This document shows positions 27,288 to 36,422 of a DNA stretch of 64,000 bases, piece after piece. The notes below the pieces were generated by a model. It was not told the DNA's origin. It made no database searches and worked only from the letters and a program-made list of their open reading frames with translations. The translations under genes were made by a program, and so were the position numbers. This DNA comes from Bacteroidota bacterium (GTDB lineage Bacteria; Bacteroidota; Bacteroidia; Flavobacteriales; UBA7312). Positions within the stretch are counted from its first letter, which is position 1; every line of letters begins with the position of its first letter. The stretch covers positions 90,872-154,871 of the forward strand of contig JAYYZE010000036.1 of the NCBI GenBank assembly GCA_036340235.1. Direction: 5' to 3'.

Positions 27288-28556
27288 ATGAAAAAGTTAA
27301 TACTCCTTCTTTTACCACTTTCAGTTTTTGCACAGAAAAAGGCTCTGTTTTTGGGTAACTCCTACACCTTTTACAACCATATGCCCGAGATGGTGGTCAA
27401 TATCGCCCAGTCCTTAGGAGACACCTTAATAGTGGATAGTAATACACCAGGAGGTGCCAAATTACAAGATCATGCTCAGACGGGGTCTGTCAGTTTGCAA
27501 AAAATACAGCAAGAACAATGGGATGCCGTTATTATTCAAGCCCAAAGCCAAGAACCCAGCTTTCCCCCATTTCAAGTTCAAGAGGACACCTATCCATACG
27601 CCGAACTATTAGTCGATGCTGTCAGAGATAATCATTCGTGTAGCGATCCTATTTTTTTTATGACGTGGGGAAGAAAAAATGGCGATAATGTCAATGGTCA
27701 GTTTTACCCTATTATTTCTACGTATGAAGGGATGCAGCAACGCCTGCGAGAGTCTTATTTAGAAATGGGTAACGACAATGAGGCAATGGTATCTCCAGTT
27801 GGCATGGCCTGGTATCAAATTGTAAAACAATACCCCGAAATAGAACTCTACACGGCTGATGAAAGTCACCCCAATATCTATGGCTCCTATTTGACCGCCT
27901 GTGTGTTCTATTCGATGTTGTTTGAGAAAAGTTGTGAAAACCCAATTACCTTTGTATCCGATGGCATCTCACAAGACGATGCAACCACCATACAATCCAT
28001 CGCTAGCAGTTCCGTATTGGATAGCACCGAACTTTGGAACATGTTCTATGTTCAGTCCGTCGATACGAATCAATTAAACCAAACTACTTTTGAATTTGAT
28101 GTTGAAGCCACTCACTACGATTCGTTAAACTGGTATTTTGAGCCAGGCCAAAACAATCAACAAGCCAATACTTCTCATACTTTCTCACAGCAAGGCGATT
28201 ACGAAGTGGTACTTACCCTTTACGCCAATGGTGGTTGTAAAGAAAAAGTATTTAGCTACGACATTAGTGTTGATTCAATGTCAAACGACAGCTCCGTAGT
28301 TATCACTATGCCTCTTTCAGAAAGTCAGCTAGTCACAGTCTATCCAACACCTGCCAACAGATACATAAACGTTGAGGGAACAGATTCAGGAACCTCAATC
28401 AAGCTGTATGATATCCAAGGTCGATTAATGCTCACTCAATTAGTTAATGGTAAACAGAAGGAACGCATAGAGCTTGGCAATTTATCAAAAGGAACCTACT
28501 TTCTTGAAATAACAAATAAGGAGAGCGCCAACACTTACAAGATAATAAAGAATTAA
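27288..28556 (+). CDS. Secreted SGNH/GDSL-like hydrolase-fold protein with PKD-like domain and T9SS type A C-terminal domain
   Basis: Signal peptide. ALFLGNSYTF...WDAVIIQAQSQEPS...ADESHPNIYGSYLTACVFY is an SGNH-like arrangement. A PKD-like segment reads HTFSQQGDYEVVLTLYANGGC. The C-terminus is VYPTPANRYINVEG...IKLYDIQGRLM...KGTYFLEI. Confidence 0.65.
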   Translation: MKKLILLLLPLSVFAQKKALFLGNSYTFYNHMPEMVVNIAQSLGDTLIVDSNTPGGAKLQDHAQTGSVSLQKIQQEQWDAVIIQAQSQEPSFPPFQVQEDTYPYAELLVDAVRDNHSCSDPIFFMTWGRKNGDNVNGQFYPIISTYEGMQQRLRESYLEMGNDNEAMVSPVGMAWYQIVKQYPEIELYTADESHPNIYGSYLTACVFYSMLFEKSCENPITFVSDGISQDDATTIQSIASSSVLDSTELWNMFYVQSVDTNQLNQTTFEFDVEATHYDSLNWYFEPGQNNQQANTSHTFSQQGDYEVVLTLYANGGCKEKVFSYDISVDSMSNDSSVVITMPLSESQLVTVYPTPANRYINVEGTDSGTSIKLYDIQGRLMLTQLVNGKQKERIELGNLSKGTYFLEITNKESANTYKIIKN

Positions 28557-28669
28557 ACAAGGAGCTAGAACATCGTCGGTAGTAACTATTTGATAATTTG
28601 TTAAAAAATTAATGTGAATAGCAAGCGCACCCAATTACTAATACCTTACATTTATACCAAAATTCAAAA

Positions 28670-29767
28670 ATGAGAAACTATGCTATTGCGATTTGTTTTT
28701 CCCTAGTGGCATTCAATGCCTACTCACAAGATCAAGCTGATTCCACACTGACTACAGAGGAAATACAATTCAGGGATTCGATAGCGGCTTTAAATATTTC
28801 AAGTCTAGAGTTGCAGAAAATCCAAGAAACCTACAATTCAGCGACCGAGGCGTTTAGCAGTTCAGACTTCACTCAAGCTGTTCGTTTGTTTGGGGAAGTA
28901 ATCGATTTGGACTCCACCAATGGCGACGCCTACTACAACAAAGGCTTGGCCCATAAAGAACTCAAGCAATACGATCTAGCGATTGATGCCCTTTCAATGG
29001 CCTTTAATATTGACTCTAACAATACCGATGCGATATTTCATCAAGCCAAATGTTTTTATGGCAAAGAAGACATAGAAAATACTTTGGTTACTTACGACCA
29101 GCTCTTAACTATAGAGCCGACACGCGCTGAGGCGGCCTACGAAAAAGGCGTTATATTTTACCTCAATAACGACTACCATCAAGCCATCGATTGCTTTAGT
29201 CAAGCCATATCCATAGACCCTAACTACAGCTATGCCCTTAACGACCGAGCCAGTTGTTATCGGGCTTTGGAGGACTATGATCGAGCCATTGCCGACTATT
29301 TGAAAGCTGTAGGTAGCGACCCTCAGCCCTTCATATACAACAATTTGGCCAGTGCTTACAGAAAATCGGGTGATGGCGAAAAGGCCCTAGAATACTATGG
29401 CAAAGCCATTAGTCAAGATGCCAACTATGATATGGCCTACAACAACAGAGGAACGGTCTATTTCGAAAAGAAAGACTATGACAGCGCCTTAAAGGATTTC
29501 AAAAAAGCCTTGGCGATAAATCCCAACTATCCCTTAGCATTGTGTAACAGAGCCGCTGTTTATCACCTTCAGGAAAATTACACGGGTGCTTTAGCCGATC
29601 TTGAGAAAGCAGTAAAATTGCAACCAAACAATGCCACAGCCCTACTCAATAGAGGCATTACTAGAGAGATGCTAAGAAATGTCGATGGTGCATGTGAGGA
29701 TTGGCAAAAAGCCCATCAGTTAGGACTTGAAAAAGGAAAGGAATACTACATCAACAACTGCGACTAA
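28670..29767 (+). CDS. Tetratricopeptide-repeat protein (secreted)
   Basis: Signal peptide followed by at least 7 canonical TPR units (e.g. AYYNKGLAHKELKQYDLAIDALSMAFNIDSNN, AYNNRGTVYFEKKDYDSALKDFKKALAINPNY). Confidence 0.85.
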   Translation: MRNYAIAICFSLVAFNAYSQDQADSTLTTEEIQFRDSIAALNISSLELQKIQETYNSATEAFSSSDFTQAVRLFGEVIDLDSTNGDAYYNKGLAHKELKQYDLAIDALSMAFNIDSNNTDAIFHQAKCFYGKEDIENTLVTYDQLLTIEPTRAEAAYEKGVIFYLNNDYHQAIDCFSQAISIDPNYSYALNDRASCYRALEDYDRAIADYLKAVGSDPQPFIYNNLASAYRKSGDGEKALEYYGKAISQDANYDMAYNNRGTVYFEKKDYDSALKDFKKALAINPNYPLALCNRAAVYHLQENYTGALADLEKAVKLQPNNATALLNRGITREMLRNVDGACEDWQKAHQLGLEKGKEYYINNCD

Positions 29768-29771
29768 TACA

Positions 29772-31823
29772 ATGAGACTAGTAATAACAACCACAATCAT
29801 ACTAATGAGCATTGCTGGAAATGCTCAAGATATTGCCTTCAAAAAAAGCAATTTTAAAGACAACAAAGATGGGTTAGAAGTAGCCGTCAACAACATTGAA
29901 GAAGGCGATATTTGGCTTGAAAAGGGAAAAGTCAAAGTGCTGAATATGGAAAACGCCTTTGATGAGTTCAACAAGGCGCTCACATATTATTTACCAGCTC
30001 AAGAGTTTAATTCCAATAACTCTGACTTGAACCGCAAAATAGGCCATTCCTACCTTTACACCAACACGCCCTATTTGGCTATGCCCTTCTTAAAAACCTC
30101 ATTGGAGTTGGCAGGAGAAGATTCAGAACCTTTTATTTACTTTTTGTTGGGAAAGGCTTATCAATTAGAAAGAGACTTTCATGAGGGAGAAAAATCCTTC
30201 CTAAAGTACGGCACCCTTGAAAAAGATAAAAAGCTAGAAGTGTATAAAAAGCTCAATAGAAAACACATAAAGGAATGCAAAAGCGGTGCCGAAATTTTTG
30301 GCAAAAAAACACGTGTATGGGTTGACAATGTAAAAGAGCTCAACACGCCTAGTGATGAAATTGCACCCAGCATCACTGCCGACAACTCAGAAATTATATT
30401 CAACAGCAACAATACCGGTGATTTTGATATTTACACCGCAGAGCGCCAAAAACGAAAATGGATTCGCCTATCGTCGCTTTCAAGTTTGAACACCGATGGT
30501 GACGATATTTCCTCCAATTTGGCCTATGATGGACAGCGACTACTTTTGTTCAAATACAGCGATGGACAAAGTGACATATACGAGTCCAAGCTGCGAGGCA
30601 CCGAATGGAGCGAACCCAAGCTCAAAATGTCAAAGGTCGTTAACAGTGTAGGCAATGAAACATTCGCTTCTTACGACCCCCAAGACATCAAGGTCTATTT
30701 TGTTTCCGATGGTGGTTTTGGTGGAGATAAAAACATTAGGTTCAGTGGCAAAAAAGACATGGAAGAAACCTTTTGGGGTCAGCCACAAAGTGCGGGTCAG
30801 GAGGTCAACACGGGCTTTCAGGAAGGGTCGGTGTACATGGCGCCCGACGGCAACACCATGTACTTTTGCTCTCAGGGGCATAGCTCCATAGGGGGCTACG
30901 ATGTATTTGTTTCCTACAGAAACGAAGAACTTGGCTTGTGGAGCAAACCCATCAACTTAGGATACCCCATCAACACACCCTATGACGAATTGTATTTTAG
31001 CATTTCGGCCAGCGGTAAAAGAGCTTATTTTGCCTCCAATAGGGACGGTGGTTCTGGCGGTATGGATATTTACTGCGCCACTTTTTGGGGCGAACCCAAA
31101 ATCCCGGGCGTAGCCTCCGAAGACAACCTCATTGCTAGCATCGCCTCACCAATTGAAGATACCTACACTCCCGAAAGTGTAGAAGTTTCAACTGCCAACA
31201 GCTTAACGGTATTTAAGGGGCGCATACTAGATGGACTATTACAAGAGCCAGTCGAGGCAGAAATTAAAATCTTTGACAATTCTACTGGAGAAGTCTACGC
31301 TGTGATGCGCTCCAATAGCGCTAGTGGAAAGTTTCTTTTGTCATTGCCTTCTGGTCTCAACTATGGTATTTCGGTAGAAGCTGAGGGTTACCTTTTTCAC
31401 TCTGAAAACTTCAATTTGCCTAAGGGGTCAGCATACGACATGGTCAACAAAGACATTGAACTGAAAAACATTGATATAGGTAGTAAAATTGCCCTCAGAA
31501 ATGTCTTTTTTGATACTGGAAAATCTGAGGTGAAAATTGACTCCTACCCTGAGCTAGATCGACTTATCAAACTGATGAATGACGTTCCTACTCTAAAAAT
31601 AGAATTGTCAGGACATACCGATAATATTGGAGGCAAAGAGGCCAATGAAAAGCTATCGCAACGTCGTGCAGAGGCCGTTCGTAACTACCTAGTATCACGA
31701 TCGGTGGACGGAGGAAGAGTCACTGCCATGGGCTATGGTGCTAGCCGTCCCGTAGATACCAATGCCACCAAAGAGGGCAGAGCCAACAACCGACGAACCG
31801 AGTTTGAAATTACCGCCAACTAA
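29772..31823 (+). CDS. PorE-like envelope protein (TPR + PD40 propeller + carboxypeptidase-regulatory-like + OmpA_C); paralog of 13953..15836
   Basis: I chose the start at 29772 (MRLVITTTIILMSIAGNAQD) because the listed 29727 start overlaps the TPR gene. PD40 motifs are EIAPSITADNSEIIF, SVYMAPDGNTMYFCS and YFASNRDGGSGGMDIY. The OmpA_C end reads LRNVFFDTGKSEV...LSGHTDNIGGKEANEKLSQRRAEAV...NRRTEF. Confidence 0.8.
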   Translation: MRLVITTTIILMSIAGNAQDIAFKKSNFKDNKDGLEVAVNNIEEGDIWLEKGKVKVLNMENAFDEFNKALTYYLPAQEFNSNNSDLNRKIGHSYLYTNTPYLAMPFLKTSLELAGEDSEPFIYFLLGKAYQLERDFHEGEKSFLKYGTLEKDKKLEVYKKLNRKHIKECKSGAEIFGKKTRVWVDNVKELNTPSDEIAPSITADNSEIIFNSNNTGDFDIYTAERQKRKWIRLSSLSSLNTDGDDISSNLAYDGQRLLLFKYSDGQSDIYESKLRGTEWSEPKLKMSKVVNSVGNETFASYDPQDIKVYFVSDGGFGGDKNIRFSGKKDMEETFWGQPQSAGQEVNTGFQEGSVYMAPDGNTMYFCSQGHSSIGGYDVFVSYRNEELGLWSKPINLGYPINTPYDELYFSISASGKRAYFASNRDGGSGGMDIYCATFWGEPKIPGVASEDNLIASIASPIEDTYTPESVEVSTANSLTVFKGRILDGLLQEPVEAEIKIFDNSTGEVYAVMRSNSASGKFLLSLPSGLNYGISVEAEGYLFHSENFNLPKGSAYDMVNKDIELKNIDIGSKIALRNVFFDTGKSEVKIDSYPELDRLIKLMNDVPTLKIELSGHTDNIGGKEANEKLSQRRAEAVRNYLVSRSVDGGRVTAMGYGASRPVDTNATKEGRANNRRTEFEITAN

Positions 31824-32779
31824 TGATTGAATGGATACGATCGTTTAAATGGAGCGTGCAATGCTATAATTTTTTTCAAAAAAAGGCCCTGTCGCACAAT
31901 CTACCATTGTACAAAAAGTATGGCATTTCAAAACGCTATTACGCTTCCGTCTCGTCTGAGGATTTCAAGCACCTAGATAATCCAAAATTAACATACGATG
32001 TGTTGGACTCGGCCCAAGAGTTGCCCAAAAAGGAACGCTTTCAGCAGCTAGATAAACATACCCAAAAGGCCCTGTTGCCTTGGTCTAAAAATGGCTATGC
32101 CGTCTTGGAAGGGTTTTTTTCTCATGATGAGGTCGATACCTACAATCATGAAATAGAGAAGCTCTTGAAAAGAAAACAGGTGCAGTGGGGCTATGGTGAA
32201 AAAATCATGTTTGCATTCAAAAAATCCTTGCCACTATACCAATCGGCCACCAACACAAAACTACAAACCATTCTCCATCTGTTGATGGATAAGGAGATGC
32301 ACCTATTTCAAAGCATCAATTTTTTGAAAGGCAGTCAGCAACGCGCCCATTCCGACTTTGTGCACATGACTACCTATCCCCAAAACAACCTCATTGCTGC
32401 TTGGGTAGCTCTTGAAGATATCACAGCTGATAGCGGCCCCCTACATTATTATCCCGGCTCACACACCTTGCCACACATCCTAAATCCCGATTTTGGCAAT
32501 GTGGGCACCTCCTTTAGAAATGGCAAAAGTACCTATGCCGATTACGAAGATAAAGTGCAAGATCTCATAGACCAGCACGCTTTGGAAAAGCGAATTTTTT
32601 TAGCTAAAAAGGGCGATGTGTTTATTTGGCACGCCAATTTGTTACATGGGGGAGAGCCCATGACCAACCCACAAGGCAGTCGTAAGAGCATGGTCTTCCA
32701 TTACTATTCCAAGGATGCCATCTGCTACCACGAAATTAGCGAACGACCGGCGCTCATTCCAACTTTTTCATTCAATTAG
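31823..32779 (+). CDS. Phytanoyl-CoA dioxygenase (PhyH) family Fe(II)/2-oxoglutarate oxygenase
   Basis: HSDFVHM (HxD), GPLHYYPGSH and FIWHANLLHGG are PhyH-type motifs. The start overlaps the upstream TAA by 1 nt. Confidence 0.75.
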   Translation: MIEWIRSFKWSVQCYNFFQKKALSHNLPLYKKYGISKRYYASVSSEDFKHLDNPKLTYDVLDSAQELPKKERFQQLDKHTQKALLPWSKNGYAVLEGFFSHDEVDTYNHEIEKLLKRKQVQWGYGEKIMFAFKKSLPLYQSATNTKLQTILHLLMDKEMHLFQSINFLKGSQQRAHSDFVHMTTYPQNNLIAAWVALEDITADSGPLHYYPGSHTLPHILNPDFGNVGTSFRNGKSTYADYEDKVQDLIDQHALEKRIFLAKKGDVFIWHANLLHGGEPMTNPQGSRKSMVFHYYSKDAICYHEISERPALIPTFSFN

Positions 32780-33430
32780 ATGAAACACCTTTTATTTGAC
32801 CTCGACGGCACCATTATAGAACCTCAAGAAGGCATCCTCAATAGCCTACGACATGCCATTGATATGATGGGCTTAGCCATGCCCACAGATGATGAACTGC
32901 GGCAGTTTATAGGACCACCCATTGTGGATTACTTTCAACGCCAGTTTGGATTATCTCCCTCTGAAGCTCAGCAAGGCATCCAATACTTTAGAAACTACTA
33001 TGCCCAAACTGGCATTCATCAAAACGCCCTGTTCCCTCATATTCCCGAATTGTTCAAGTCACTACACCAGCTGGGGTACATGCTCTATGTGGCCACCTCC
33101 AAACCCACCGTCTTTGCTAAAGAGATACTAAAAAAGCATGGACTAGACCACTTATTCGTAGAAATTGTGGGTTCAAACTTAGACAATAGCCGCAGCGACA
33201 AAGCCGAGATAATTGGCTACATTTTAGACACATACCAACTAAAGCCAAGTCATTGCCTAATGATTGGCGATACCCCTTACGACATCATTGGGGCCAAAAA
33301 ACACCACATACAGTCGGTTGGGGTGACATACGGACACGGTCACTTTAAGCACCACCAGGCCGACTTTACGGTCGGTGACGTTTATCACCTCGAGGCCCTT
33401 ATAAAAAAAGAGTTCCCTATTGACAATTAA
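32780..33430 (+). CDS. HAD-superfamily hydrolase (phosphoglycolate-phosphatase-like)
   Basis: Motif I is LFDLDGTI, motif II is VATSKP, and motif III/IV is K...GDTPYDIIGA. The gene starts immediately after the PhyH stop codon. Confidence 0.85.
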   Translation: MKHLLFDLDGTIIEPQEGILNSLRHAIDMMGLAMPTDDELRQFIGPPIVDYFQRQFGLSPSEAQQGIQYFRNYYAQTGIHQNALFPHIPELFKSLHQLGYMLYVATSKPTVFAKEILKKHGLDHLFVEIVGSNLDNSRSDKAEIIGYILDTYQLKPSHCLMIGDTPYDIIGAKKHHIQSVGVTYGHGHFKHHQADFTVGDVYHLEALIKKEFPIDN

Positions 33431-33498
33431 ATAGGATTGATTATATTTGAAACCGAATGGCTTTTATAGCCACCTTAATTCAAGTTTTTTTATGAAGC

Positions 33499-33535
33499 AA
33501 CCCATGCTGTAATAGGCGTGGGTTACTTATTTATT
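33499..33535 (+). terminator. Possible rho-independent terminator after the HAD gene
   Basis: AACCCATGC-TGTAATAG-GCGTGGGTT forms a 9-bp stem with one G-U pair. It is followed by a T-rich stretch (ACTTATTTATT) rather than a clean T-run. Confidence 0.35.
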
Positions 33536-33548
33536 AAATAAAAAAACG

Positions 33549-33962
33549 ATGAAAAAAAGAACGTTTATTTCTTTAATGATGTGCTTGGCAATGGTTGTGC
33601 TGGCACAAGAGTCAGAAGCCCCCTACATAGAGGTAACGGGTACCCCCGATATGCATGTCATTCCCGATGAGATTTTTATCTCTATTACCATACGAGAGCG
33701 CAATAGTGGCAATCACCGGACAGTAAAAGAGCAAGAAGAGGCCTTGAAAACCGCATTGAAAGGCATTGGTCTAAACTTAGACGATTTAGAATTTTCGGAT
33801 GCCGATGCCGACTACGTTGCCATTCATTGGTTTAACAAAAAAACACTTAGCCAAAGCCGCTATCGCCTCAAAGCTAGCACGAGTATCTTGCTCGTTACAT
33901 ATAAAATTTCTTACAGCACACTCTCCCCATCCGCATTGGTGGTCAGTACATCGCTCATATAA
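33549..33962 (+). pseudogene. 3'-truncated SIMPL/DUF541-family gene remnant
   Basis: A signal peptide plus YIEVTGTPDMHVIPDEIFISITIRE...EQEEALKTALKGIGLNLDDLEFSD...SQSRYRLKAST looks like the N-terminal half of a Bacteroidota SIMPL protein, which is usually about 230 aa. After about residue 111 the frame runs antisense into the convergent DUF2461 gene (52-nt overlap) and loses resemblance. Confidence 0.5.
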
Positions 33963-34579
33963 TCCACAAAGGGGCGTACGGCTTGTAGGGCAGCGTCTAG
34001 GCGGTCTAAAAAGTCGGGGGCGGTAGCTTGGTCTTGAGTATAGCGTATGCTAAACAGGTGTTGCTTAAACCGCAAGAGGTCTATGTTTGGGTGGTCTTTG
34101 GCATAGCCCTTTGGAGCGGTTTTTACGGCATCGCCTTCTAAATCACCCCAAACGCTTTTAAAGTCAGGCGCATTGATAATGTCGCGGTATTCATCGCCAT
34201 CTATGGCCAATTCTTGGCGGATACGCTTTAGGTCGGCGGGGTTGGGGTCCCAAAAGCCACAAGCAAGGAAAATATCTTTGGAACTAAGGTGTAGGTAGTA
34301 ACCCCCACGGAGTTCGGGTTTGGTACGGTGCCAGTTTAGTCCAAAATGCGTTTTATAGGGTGTTTTGTCTTTGGAAAAACGCACATCGCGGTAAATGCGA
34401 AACAGTTTAAACCGATCGATGCTATCATGCGAATTAAGTTTATTTTTTAGGTCTTCGCCAAACTGCTTCACAGAACTTTCTAAGGCTTTAAATTGGGCTT
34501 TGTTGGGCTCAAACCACTCACGGTGGTTGTTATGTTCTAGTTGGGTAAAAAACGAGAAAATTTCAGAAGATAATTGCAT
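33911..34579 (-). CDS. DUF2461 (TIGR02453) family protein
   Basis: FFTQLEHNNHREWFEPNKAQF, FRIYRDVRFSKDKTPYKTHF and GGYYLHLS are hallmark motifs of this family. Confidence 0.8.
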   Translation of the reverse strand: MQLSSEIFSFFTQLEHNNHREWFEPNKAQFKALESSVKQFGEDLKNKLNSHDSIDRFKLFRIYRDVRFSKDKTPYKTHFGLNWHRTKPELRGGYYLHLSSKDIFLACGFWDPNPADLKRIRQELAIDGDEYRDIINAPDFKSVWGDLEGDAVKTAPKGYAKDHPNIDLLRFKQHLFSIRYTQDQATAPDFLDRLDAALQAVRPFVDYMSDVLTTNADGESVL

Positions 34580-34641
34580 GCCTCGAAAATAGGCATTTTC
34601 TAATAAGCCATTGATACGCTCTGCTTAGCGCCTTACTTATT

Positions 34642-35478
34642 TTAGTACCTCACCCTTTTCTTCCACAAATTCAGCACAACGCCAGAAATGACCATAGCAA
34701 TACCCAATAAGCTCATAATGCCGTAGCTTTCCCCAAAGAGGAGGTAGCCGATACTCAAAGCGTAAATGGTGCCTACGTACTTGAGGCTAATCATTTTGTT
34801 GGCAATACCGCTTTGTAGGCCTTTGGTCATGAGTATTTGGGCTAGTTGGGTAAACAGCCCCATAAGGAGGAGGTAGAGCCAGTCTGTGCCTTGGGGCGCC
34901 ACCCAATTCAAATAAGACAGTACCGACATTATGGGAATGGCCACCAAAGGGAAATACAAGACCACCACCACAGGGTGTTCCGTATCTTTCAGTTGGCGAA
35001 TGCAAGCATATGCCATACCGGAGAACATGGCGGAGCAAATGCCTATAAGCATAAAGGTCAGAGAAATACGTTCGTCAAAGCCTTTTATGAGAGCCACACC
35101 GACAAAGGCAATTCCAAAGTAAAGCCATTGCTTCAGTTGCATCTTTTCCTTGAGAAAGATAGCCGCAAAGAGGGCCGTAAATATGGGGGAGAGGTATTGC
35201 AAGGTCACCGCACTAGCTAAGGGAATATTCTGTAAGGTGTAGAAGAACATCAGCAGGGCGGTAGTCCCAAAGATGCCCCGCATTAGCAATACTTTTCTGT
35301 TGTTCCCTAAAAGGGGCAGACCCAATCGGCGCAGCATGGCAATGCTCAACACAATGGAGATGATGGAACGAAAGAGTATGAGTTCGTGTGCCGGAATGTG
35401 GGGCAAGTACTTCACGCAAATTTGCATAAGAGCAAAGGCCGCCGTGGAGCCCAACATGTAAAAGACGCCCTTTTTCAC
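34642..35478 (-). CDS. EamA/DMT-family transporter
   Basis: About 10 predicted transmembrane helices in two EamA-like halves (e.g. [21 protein letters not shown]). It has a 4-nt overlap with meaB. Confidence 0.85.
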   Translation of the reverse strand: MKKGVFYMLGSTAAFALMQICVKYLPHIPAHELILFRSIISIVLSIAMLRRLGLPLLGNNRKVLLMRGIFGTTALLMFFYTLQNIPLASAVTLQYLSPIFTALFAAIFLKEKMQLKQWLYFGIAFVGVALIKGFDERISLTFMLIGICSAMFSGMAYACIRQLKDTEHPVVVVLYFPLVAIPIMSVLSYLNWVAPQGTDWLYLLLMGLFTQLAQILMTKGLQSGIANKMISLKYVGTIYALSIGYLLFGESYGIMSLLGIAMVISGVVLNLWKKRVRY

Positions 35479-36422
35479 AGAAAAAGTTGATCTATAGCCT
35501 TAGATGGCGTTAGCTTTCCTTGACTAACGGCCTCTTCCAGTTTCTGAATTTGGGTCTGGTGTTGGCTATAAAAATTACTTTCTAGTCGATCCTGTATGAG
35601 GTGGTGCATCCAAAAGCGTTGTTGGGCTTGGCGTTGTTTTTCAAAAAAGCCCCTTTCAGTGGTCCATTGCTGAAAATCGCAGAGGTGTTGCCAGGCCTGT
35701 GCTATGCCTTTTTTCTCTAGTGCCGAGCAAATACCCACCTGAGGAATCCATCCGCTATCGCTAGTAGGAAAAAGGTGCAAAGCGGTTTTGTATTGGGCTT
35801 GGGCTTTCTTGGCAGGGGTGAGGTTGTCGCCATCGGCTTTGTTGATGAGCAGTATATCGGCCATTTCCATGATGCCTCGCTTGATGCCTTGCAGTTCGTC
35901 TCCCGCACCGGCGAGCATAAGTAAGAGGAAGGTATCTACCATGGAATGCACGGCCGTTTCGGATTGACCAACACCCACGGTTTCTATCAATATGACCTCA
36001 TAACCGGCAGCCTCACAAAGAAGGATGCTTTCTCTCGTTTTTCGGGCTACTCCGCCCAAAGAACCCGAGGTGGGCGAGGGGCGAATAAAGGCCAAGTCAT
36101 CGGCCGAGAGTTCATTCATACGGGTTTTGTCGCCCAAAATACTACCGCCCGATTTTGCGCTAGAGGGATCGATGGCCAAAACAGCCACTTTCTTTCTTTG
36201 TGCCGTGAGGTGTTTGCCGAGGGCTTCTATAAAGGTGCTTTTGCCTACGCCAGGAACGCCAGTAATGCCAATACGTAAGGAATTGCCACTGTGGGGCAGA
36301 AGGTCTTGCAAAATACCTTTAGCCTCTTCCTGATGACTTTCCAGAGTACTCTCCACCAAGGTAATGGCTTGTGCCAATGCCGAGCGATTGCCATCCAGTA
36401 TGTCCGTAATGAGTTTATGCAT
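35475..36422 (-). CDS. meaB: Methylmalonyl-CoA mutase-associated GTPase MeaB (ArgK)
   Basis: P-loop [18 protein letters not shown] and INKADGD are present. I chose the start at 36422 ([11 protein letters not shown]...), 2 nt after the mutase stop. The listed 36545 start would overlap the mutase by 131 nt. Confidence 0.9.
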   Translation of the reverse strand: MHKLITDILDGNRSALAQAITLVESTLESHQEEAKGILQDLLPHSGNSLRIGITGVPGVGKSTFIEALGKHLTAQRKKVAVLAIDPSSAKSGGSILGDKTRMNELSADDLAFIRPSPTSGSLGGVARKTRESILLCEAAGYEVILIETVGVGQSETAVHSMVDTFLLLMLAGAGDELQGIKRGIMEMADILLINKADGDNLTPAKKAQAQYKTALHLFPTSDSGWIPQVGICSALEKKGIAQAWQHLCDFQQWTTERGFFEKQRQAQQRFWMHHLIQDRLESNFYSQHQTQIQKLEEAVSQGKLTPSKAIDQLFL

